Shown in pieces: positions 57,858 through 64,000 of a DNA stretch of 64,000 bases. Position numbers and translations under genes: made by a program. The stretch is from Crocinitomicaceae bacterium (GTDB taxonomy: Bacteria > Bacteroidota > Bacteroidia > Flavobacteriales_D > Crocinitomicaceae), in the NCBI GenBank assembly GCA_043720875.1, contig JAYSRU010000196.1, forward strand, positions 2,971-66,970, in the 5' to 3' direction. Position 1 is the stretch's first letter. Each line of letters begins with the position of its first letter. The notes under the pieces are model-generated. The model was not told the origin of the DNA, made no database searches, and saw only the letters and a program-made list of their open reading frames with translations.

Positions 57858-58051
57858 GTTGCAAAGTTAATTATTAGACACTGATTTCCTATTGAATTCT
57901 AGAATAACATAAGTTTAGTCTTTCATGCGATATTGAAAAGCGGGTGACTTGAAAAGTTCGAGAATGTTATTTTATTGATCTCATGAAAGTCTAAATTTGT
58001 AAAAAATCTTAATCAGTTTGTCGAGATTTACAGCCTTGATTTTTTCTTTTG

Positions 58052-58088
58052 TCACTTTTCTTTTTGATCAAACAAAAAAGAAAAGTGA
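58052..58088. repeat. 14-bp perfect AT-rich inverted repeat in the divergent region upstream of topA
   Basis: TCACTTTTCTTTTT (58052..58065) and AAAAAGAAAAGTGA (58075..58088) are exact reverse complements separated by 9 nt. Not followed by a U-run on either strand and not downstream of any gene. Confidence 0.6.
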
Positions 58089-58267
58089 AAATTTATGGCG
58101 AAGCGCATAGCATTATTGTTTTTATCCATTGCACTGATTTTCTTTCCAAATTCTATCGAACAAATAATTTTAATTAAGCCCATTTTAATTTTTTTCTAGC
58201 GTTCCAACTTTTTTTTGGGTTATTTTGCGCCTTCATTTCAAGATCGGTTCCTTAAAAAACTTTAATT

Positions 58268-60679
58268 ATGAGTAAAAATTTAGTAATAGTCGAGTCACCT
58301 GCAAAAGCAAAAACTATTGAGGGTTATCTTGGAAAAGATTTTACTGTAAGATCCAGTTATGGTCACGTGCGTGATTTAGCTTCTAAGGGAATTGCGATTG
58401 ATATTAAAAATAATTTTCAACCAGAATATGAGGTTTCTGCTGATAAGAAAACATTGGTGGCTGAATTAAGAAAATTGGCGAAGGCTGCTGATACAATATG
58501 GTTAGCAACGGATGAGGATCGTGAAGGAGAAGCTATTTCTTGGCATTTATACGAAACATTAGATCTGAAGAAAAAGGATACAAAACGAATCACATTCAAC
58601 GAAATCACAAAACCAGCAATTCTCAAGGCGATTGAAAAACCTAGAGAAATTAATATGCCTTTGGTTGATGCACAACAAGCAAGAAGGATACTTGACCGTT
58701 TGGTAGGGTTTGAACTTTCTCCAGTATTATGGAAAAAAGTAAAACCTTCCCTTTCTGCAGGTCGCGTGCAATCAGTAGCGGTTCGTCTAATTGTCGAAAG
58801 AGAAAAAGAAATTCTTAAACACGATTCCGAAGTATATTATAAAGTAACTGCAATCTTCCTTAAAGGAAAAGATAAAGTGAAAGCTGATATTTCAAAAAAC
58901 TTTGGAACTTTAGACGAGGTGACAGAATTTATTGAAAGTTGCAAAGGAACAGCATTTAAAGTATTGGATGTTACGGAAAAACCGGCAACTAGAACTCCCG
59001 CTGCCCCATTCTACACGTCAACATTGCAACAAGAGGCAAGTTTAAAATTAGGTTTCTCGGTAACAAGAACGATGTCTGTAGCGCAGCGTTTATATGAAGC
59101 TGGAAAAATCACCTACATGCGTACCGATAGTACAAATTTATCGGAAACTGCAATGGAGGCGTCTAAAGTTGAAATCGAAAAGGCCTACGGTGCAAAATAC
59201 TCGAAACCAACTAAATATGCTACGAAGTCAGCTGGGGCACAAGAAGCTCACGAAGCTATACGACCAACGGACTTTGGAATGCATTCTACAGATGGTGAAG
59301 CGGAAGAAGTAAAATTGTACGAACTTATTTGGAAAAGAGCAATTGCATCACAAATGAGTCACGCACAATTAGAAAGAACTGTTGTAAAAATTGGTGATTC
59401 AAAATTAAAAGAAGTTTTTACCGCTCGTGGTGAAGTAATTAAATTTGATGGGTTCTTAAAAGTTTATATCGAGTCAAATGTTGACGAAGACTACGACGAT
59501 GAAGAGAAAGAAGGCACAGATGCAATGTTACCAGCTATGTCAGTAAATGATGTGTTAGGGTATGATTTCATTCGAGCGACACAAAAATTTACGCGTTCAT
59601 TACCAAGATATGTTGAAGCATCTCTCGTGAAGAAATTGGAAGAGTTAGGAATCGGAAGACCATCTACCTATGCACCAACAATTTCGACCATTCAAAAAAG
59701 AGGATACGTAGAAAAGAAAGAACGAGAAGGTACTATTCGTCAATACAATGTTTTGTCGTTGATTGCTGAAAAGGTCTCAATGGACAAGAAAGAAGAGACA
59801 ACCGGGAAAGAAAAAAACAAACTTTCGCCAACAGATATTGGAGTTGTAGTAAATGATTTTTTAGTAGAACATTTTGATCAAGTATTGAGTTATAATTTCA
59901 CGCGTGAGGTAGAAGAACAATTTGATCAAATTGCAAACGGTAAATTAGAATGGACCAAAATGTTGAGTTCTTTCTATGATCCATTTCATGATAGAGTAGA
60001 GGATACTTTAGAGAATTCTGAGCGTGCTAATGGTGAACGTTATCTTGGCGATCATCCGGTTTCTGGAAAAAGAATTATCGTGCGTATCGGTAAGTTTGGG
60101 CCAATGGTTCAAATTGGAGAAACGGACCCAGAAGGTGAAAAACCACAATTTGCTTCATTACGTGGCAATCAAACGTTAGCCACCGTAACGCTAGAAGATG
60201 CGATTGATCTATTTAAGCTTCCGCGTGTTGTTGGTGAATACGAAGGCAAGCCATTGAAAGCTAATTTCGGGAGATTTGGACCTTATGTTCAATACGATAA
60301 AGAATTTGTAAGTATCAAAGGCGATGATGATCCAATGACGATTACTGAAGAACGTGCAATTGAAATTTTATTAGAGAAGCGTGAAGCAGATATTAAGAAA
60401 ATGTTGAAAGCTTTCCCCGAGCGTGCTGATATGCAAATTCTAGATGGTCGTTGGGGTCCGTATTTGAAAATTGGAAAAGAAAATTACAAGTTGCCAAAAG
60501 ATTGTGCGATTGAATCATTAACAGTGGCGGAATGTATTACTATTTCTGAAAACCAAGCACCTAAGAAAAAACCGTTTGGTAAGAAAACAACTGCAACAGC
60601 AACTAAGACAGCGGTGGTAAAGAAACCGGCTGCAAAAAAACCTGCTGCAAAAAAGAAGCCTGTAGCAAAGAAGAAATAA
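58268..60679 (+). CDS. topA: DNA topoisomerase I
   Basis: 803 aa. Toprim LVIVESPAKAKTI, active-site Tyr region GKITYMRTDS, three Cys-less C-terminal repeats (GKFGPMVQ, GRFGPYVQ, GRWGPYLK) and a Lys/Ala/Pro tail. Confidence 0.95.
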   Translation: MSKNLVIVESPAKAKTIEGYLGKDFTVRSSYGHVRDLASKGIAIDIKNNFQPEYEVSADKKTLVAELRKLAKAADTIWLATDEDREGEAISWHLYETLDLKKKDTKRITFNEITKPAILKAIEKPREINMPLVDAQQARRILDRLVGFELSPVLWKKVKPSLSAGRVQSVAVRLIVEREKEILKHDSEVYYKVTAIFLKGKDKVKADISKNFGTLDEVTEFIESCKGTAFKVLDVTEKPATRTPAAPFYTSTLQQEASLKLGFSVTRTMSVAQRLYEAGKITYMRTDSTNLSETAMEASKVEIEKAYGAKYSKPTKYATKSAGAQEAHEAIRPTDFGMHSTDGEAEEVKLYELIWKRAIASQMSHAQLERTVVKIGDSKLKEVFTARGEVIKFDGFLKVYIESNVDEDYDDEEKEGTDAMLPAMSVNDVLGYDFIRATQKFTRSLPRYVEASLVKKLEELGIGRPSTYAPTISTIQKRGYVEKKEREGTIRQYNVLSLIAEKVSMDKKEETTGKEKNKLSPTDIGVVVNDFLVEHFDQVLSYNFTREVEEQFDQIANGKLEWTKMLSSFYDPFHDRVEDTLENSERANGERYLGDHPVSGKRIIVRIGKFGPMVQIGETDPEGEKPQFASLRGNQTLATVTLEDAIDLFKLPRVVGEYEGKPLKANFGRFGPYVQYDKEFVSIKGDDDPMTITEERAIEILLEKREADIKKMLKAFPERADMQILDGRWGPYLKIGKENYKLPKDCAIESLTVAECITISENQAPKKKPFGKKTTATATKTAVVKKPAAKKPAAKKKPVAKKK

Positions 60680-60699
60680 TAGTAAAAATAGTTGAAGTT

Positions 60700-60728
60700 A
60701 AGGCGATCATTAATTGATCGCCTTTTTT
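60700..60728 (+). terminator. Rho-independent terminator of topA
   Basis: 10-bp stem AAGGCGATCA / TGATCGCCTT, 5-nt loop, followed by T-run. Confidence 0.8.
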
Positions 60729-60805
60729 GTTACTTGAATTGAGTTATTCACTGTCCGAGTTGTATATCATCTAATCCATCGTGTAAAACCGACATAAATA
60801 CGCAA

Positions 60806-60813
60806 TACTTTTG
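60806..60813 (+). promoter_or_regulatory. -7 promoter box (TACTTTTG) for the arginase-fold gene
   Basis: Perfect TAnnTTTG, 18 nt upstream of ATG 60832. Confidence 0.35.
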
Positions 60814-60831
60814 AGCAAAGTATAAATTTTC

Positions 60832-61983
60832 ATGAAAGATATATCCATTTTTTTTCAACCAATTGAGGAGACACAAGTACCAATAAAAGGACTTGGCACA
60901 ACAATCTTATACCATAAAACAGATGATTTCCCGCAACTAGAAAAAGGGAGTGTCGCTTTGTTTTATGTGCCAGAGTACAGAAATAGCGGCTATCAAGTTG
61001 AAGAAAATGTTGAATATTTTAGAACTGAATTAGCTCAATTACAAGCGGATAGCAATTGGCAATTCCCAATATATGACTTAGGGACTATTCTACCAGGTAA
61101 AAATGTAAATGATACTTTTCATGCCGTTAACAATGTGTGCGCAGAGTTGATTCAAAACAATGTACTACCAATAATTGTTGGAGGTAGTCAAGATTTAACT
61201 TTAGCTATTTATCAAGCGTTAGCGAAGAATGAGCAAAGTATTAACCTTTGTTCTATTGATCGTGAGTTTGATTTAGGTGACGCAGATGCACCAATTCATG
61301 CTAATGGATTCTTAAGCCATATTCTCACCCAGAAACCTTGTTATTTGTTCAATTATAGTGTGATCGGTTATCAAACCCCTTATGTTTCAAGTAAAGAAAG
61401 AGATCTATTTGAAAAGTTGTATTTTGATACCTGCAGGTTAGGGACTTTTACAAAGGATACCACTATTGCAGAACCGTTACTTAGAAATTCTGATGCCGTA
61501 TCTTTTGATTTATCATCGATCAATGCTTCAGATTTTGAAGGCAAACATTACAATGCACCAAATGGAATATCTGGAATGCACGCATGTCAGTTAATGTATT
61601 ATGCTGGAGCAAGTGATAAAATGTCGGCGATATTTTTGTCAAATTATTATGCAGACGGAATTAGCCTAAAGGCAAATCGATTGCTTTCTGAATTAATTTG
61701 GTACTTTATTGATGGATTTGCTGGTCGAGTAGGAGATTTTCCAGTTGGAAGTAGAGAAGATTACACCAAGTTTTCGGTTGTTGTGAGTCATAATGAAGAA
61801 CCATTGGTCTTTTTAAAGAGTAATAAGTCTGCGCGCTGGTGGATGGAAGTGCCTTATCCCAAAAAGAAAGATATGAAATATGAACGTTCAACCTTGGTGC
61901 CATGTGATTATAGTGATTATCAAGAAGCTATGAAAGATGAGCTGCCAAATCTCTGGTGGAAAACCTATCAAAAATTAACGTAA
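60832..61983 (+). CDS. Arginase/formimidoylglutamase-fold protein with degenerate metal-binding motifs
   Basis: 383 aa. Ureohydrolase-like spacing of motifs, but GGDHS is GGSQD, DxHxD is DREFD and DxD is DLS. Confidence 0.6.
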   Translation: MKDISIFFQPIEETQVPIKGLGTTILYHKTDDFPQLEKGSVALFYVPEYRNSGYQVEENVEYFRTELAQLQADSNWQFPIYDLGTILPGKNVNDTFHAVNNVCAELIQNNVLPIIVGGSQDLTLAIYQALAKNEQSINLCSIDREFDLGDADAPIHANGFLSHILTQKPCYLFNYSVIGYQTPYVSSKERDLFEKLYFDTCRLGTFTKDTTIAEPLLRNSDAVSFDLSSINASDFEGKHYNAPNGISGMHACQLMYYAGASDKMSAIFLSNYYADGISLKANRLLSELIWYFIDGFAGRVGDFPVGSREDYTKFSVVVSHNEEPLVFLKSNKSARWWMEVPYPKKKDMKYERSTLVPCDYSDYQEAMKDELPNLWWKTYQKLT

Positions 61984-62153
61984 CCTTTTCGTAATACCTT
62001 CCGTTAAAATCCTAACATTAAACAATAAAATGTTGAAAACTGCATTTTCTTTTTAAAGAAATTATGTTTTGTATAGTATTTTATCTATTTTTAACGCTTG
62101 AAATCTCTGCTTGGTAGAGATTGAAAGAAAACATTCACAGCCAATAACTGAAA

Positions 62154-63107
62154 ATGAAAAAACAAATATTAGCTTTAACCGTTGCAAGCCTTGGCTTTAT
62201 AACTAGCGCTACTGCACAACAAGAAAAACTACTAACGCATTTTATTTTTGATAAAATGTCGGTAAATCCGGGTTCAACTGGAATGGAAGAAGGAATTTGT
62301 GCTACTATGATTTATCGAAATCAGTGGGATAGAGTTGCTGGAGCTCCAAACTCAGTGCTTTTTAATGCAGAAGCTAATTTACAACAATTTCTTCCAGCAG
62401 GTATTGGTATATCTCTATATGGAGATGCTATTGGTTACCAACGTCAAACAAATGCATTATTAAATTATTCTTACCCACTTACTATCGGTGATGCTGGTGT
62501 TTTAGGTATCGGTGTTGGTATAGGTATAATGAACTTTGGGTTTAATAATAATAGTTGGGTTCCGCCAACAACACCTGTGGCACAAGATCCAAGCATTCCA
62601 ACCATCGGTACTTCAACTGCATTGGATATTAATGGAGGTTTATATTTTAAAGGAGCCCAAGGTTATTATGTTGGTATTTCAAGTACGCATATTAATGAGG
62701 CTGCATTTAAAAATTATTTCTTTTCATCAAAAAGACATTATTTCTTAATGGCAGGAAAAAAACTGAAAGATTTATTTGGTGATGGAATGGATTTAGATAT
62801 CCAGGTTCTTGGAAGGTTTGTTCCAAACAAATTTTCTGCTGATATCAATGCGAGATTCATTTATCAAGATATGTTTTACGCAGGTTTAACATTTAGAAAT
62901 TCTGATGCGGTTGCAGGTATGGCTGGCGTTAAGTGGCCATTGACACTTGGAAAAGCAAGAGCAAATGTTGGCTTTGGTTATTCATATGACTTTACATTAA
63001 ATCAACTTGCAACGATCTCTAAAGGAACGCATGAAGTTGTTGGTAAATTTTGTTACTTCATACCGAAGCCACCAAAACAAACATCAAAACATCCTAGATG
63101 GTTGTAA
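62154..63107 (+). CDS. PorP/SprF-family type IX secretion system membrane protein
   Basis: 317 aa. Signal peptide, family-typical N-terminus (FIFDKMSVNPGSTG ... YRNQWDRVAGAPN) and beta-barrel-like remainder. Lies directly upstream of gldJ. Confidence 0.8.
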   Translation: MKKQILALTVASLGFITSATAQQEKLLTHFIFDKMSVNPGSTGMEEGICATMIYRNQWDRVAGAPNSVLFNAEANLQQFLPAGIGISLYGDAIGYQRQTNALLNYSYPLTIGDAGVLGIGVGIGIMNFGFNNNSWVPPTTPVAQDPSIPTIGTSTALDINGGLYFKGAQGYYVGISSTHINEAAFKNYFFSSKRHYFLMAGKKLKDLFGDGMDLDIQVLGRFVPNKFSADINARFIYQDMFYAGLTFRNSDAVAGMAGVKWPLTLGKARANVGFGYSYDFTLNQLATISKGTHEVVGKFCYFIPKPPKQTSKHPRWL

Positions 63108-63221
63108 TATTTAAAAATAATTAGAATCTTTGTAACCCTTTTATAAAAGGTTGCGTTATATCAAACATATTGATCCCCTGTATTGTTGATAAGAAATTCG
63201 GTTAAAGATAAAAAAAGAGAA

Positions 63222-64000
63222 ATGAAAAAACTTTTGTTATTTACGTTGCTGCTCGTTTTAGCCGCTTGTAGTTCGCGAACTGGTCACTTGACCGGAGTGT
63301 TAGGTCGTCAGGTATATAATCCTGAGATTCCAATCGGAATGGTGTACATACCTTCAGGATCCTATAATATGGGTGAAAATGATGAGGATGTACCATTCTT
63401 GCACCAAACAAGATCAAAAACTGTGTCTATTCAGGCATTGTACATGGATCAAACTGAAATTACAAACAACGAATATCGTCAGTTTGTATCTTACGTACAA
63501 GATTCAATTGCAAGAGAAAAGATCTATGCTGGTTACGAAGCAGATGAAGATGCTGATGAATTTATCAATTATCAAGAACGCTTTTTTGACGAAGGTGCTT
63601 TAGAGATGGCTGATTATGATCCTTCTGATCGTGCAGGTAACCGTGAGAAGTTCTCTTTAAACTGGGATCGTCGTTTAGAATATGATGCTGAAGAAAATTT
63701 ACCTCTCCTTGCTGAAATGTACTATCCACAAGCTGAGCGTTTTTACAAGCGTCGCGAAATTGACACACGTAAATTGAATTTCCGTTATTACTGGATCGAT
63801 TACAGAGAAGCTGCTCGTAAAGGAACAATTGATATTGTTGTTGACGGATATGATAAAGACGGTCAGAAAGTATCTAACGAACACCGTGAATTAAATACGG
63901 AGGCTCATCCGTTTACTGAAGATCCTCAAGGTCAAGATAAAGACATGGGTTACTTCAATAAGAAGGGTCAAAATAACTCCATTCGTGGCCATGAAAATCG
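63222..64000 (+). CDS. gldJ: Gliding-motility lipoprotein GldJ (5-prime part; continues past the window end)
   Basis: Frame open from ATG 63222 to the window edge, so it is absent from the ORF track. My translation: MKKLLLFTLLLVLAACSSRTGHLTGVLGRQVYNPEIPIGMVYIPSGSYNMGENDED...LYMDQTEITNNEYRQFV. This gives a lipobox plus an FGE/sulfatase-modifying-factor-like domain typical of GldJ. Confidence 0.85.
   Translation, partial: MKKLLLFTLLLVLAACSSRTGHLTGVLGRQVYNPEIPIGMVYIPSGSYNMGENDEDVPFLHQTRSKTVSIQALYMDQTEITNNEYRQFVSYVQDSIAREKIYAGYEADEDADEFINYQERFFDEGALEMADYDPSDRAGNREKFSLNWDRRLEYDAEENLPLLAEMYYPQAERFYKRREIDTRKLNFRYYWIDYREAARKGTIDIVVDGYDKDGQKVSNEHRELNTEAHPFTEDPQGQDKDMGYFNKKGQNNSIRGHEN

Noticed and set aside
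57904-57989. Crossing complementary segments ATAACAT/ATGTTAT (57904..57910 with 57964..57970) and CTTTCATG/CATGAAAG (57920..57927 with 57982..57989), suggesting a pseudoknotted RNA.
   Set aside because: The stems are short (7-8 bp), AT-rich and far apart, and there is no evidence the region is transcribed as a unit. Chance complementarity in AT-rich DNA is likely. They are kept only as context for the topA upstream finding.
62102-62122. Hairpin AATCTCT-GCTTGGT-AGAGATT 30 nt upstream of the porP/sprF-like start.
   Set aside because: The 7-bp stem has no U-tail on either strand, so it is not a terminator. It is too small to assign any function without conservation data.

Overview
Densely coding, AT-rich chromosomal segment that reads as Bacteroidota (Flavobacteriia-type) core genome. 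The lineage call rests on gliding-motility/T9SS genes (gldB-gldC; a porP/sprF-like gene plus gldJ, which runs off the right edge), many TAnnTTTG (-7 type) promoter boxes and frequent 1-4 nt start/stop overlaps. I support about 61 protein genes. These include groES-groEL, topA, tyrS, miaB, tilS, secG, upp, coaE, proC, nadE, PDH E1alpha-E2, a MarR-fadB-fadA-acyl-CoA dehydrogenase beta-oxidation operon, a fused E1alpha/beta 2-oxoacid dehydrogenase, DPP-IV (S9) and S46 peptidases, and 3-hydroxyanthranilate dioxygenase. I found no rRNA, tRNA, CRISPR array, transposase, integrase or phage genes, so there is no obvious mobile or defence island. The best candidates for something undescribed are signalling modules with unknown partners. 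One is an orphan SiaB/SiaC-type kinase/phosphoprotein pair (49813..50771) with no cyclase or phosphatase neighbour. The other is a bicistronic membrane PP2C phosphatase plus HisKA_2-type histidine kinase (28785..31450), with no response regulator in 64 kb and a 445-bp leader carrying four TTACTGA copies. Other points worth checking: a 28-nt element shared by two promoters of the fad operon (probable MarR operator); a tandem OmpA-domain gene broken by one in-frame TAA; an arginase-fold protein with degenerate metal ligands beside porP/sprF-gldJ; a sensor-less sigma-54 activator; a 14-bp perfect inverted repeat upstream of topA; and a candidate small RNA. All family assignments come from motifs read by eye. 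No database search was run.
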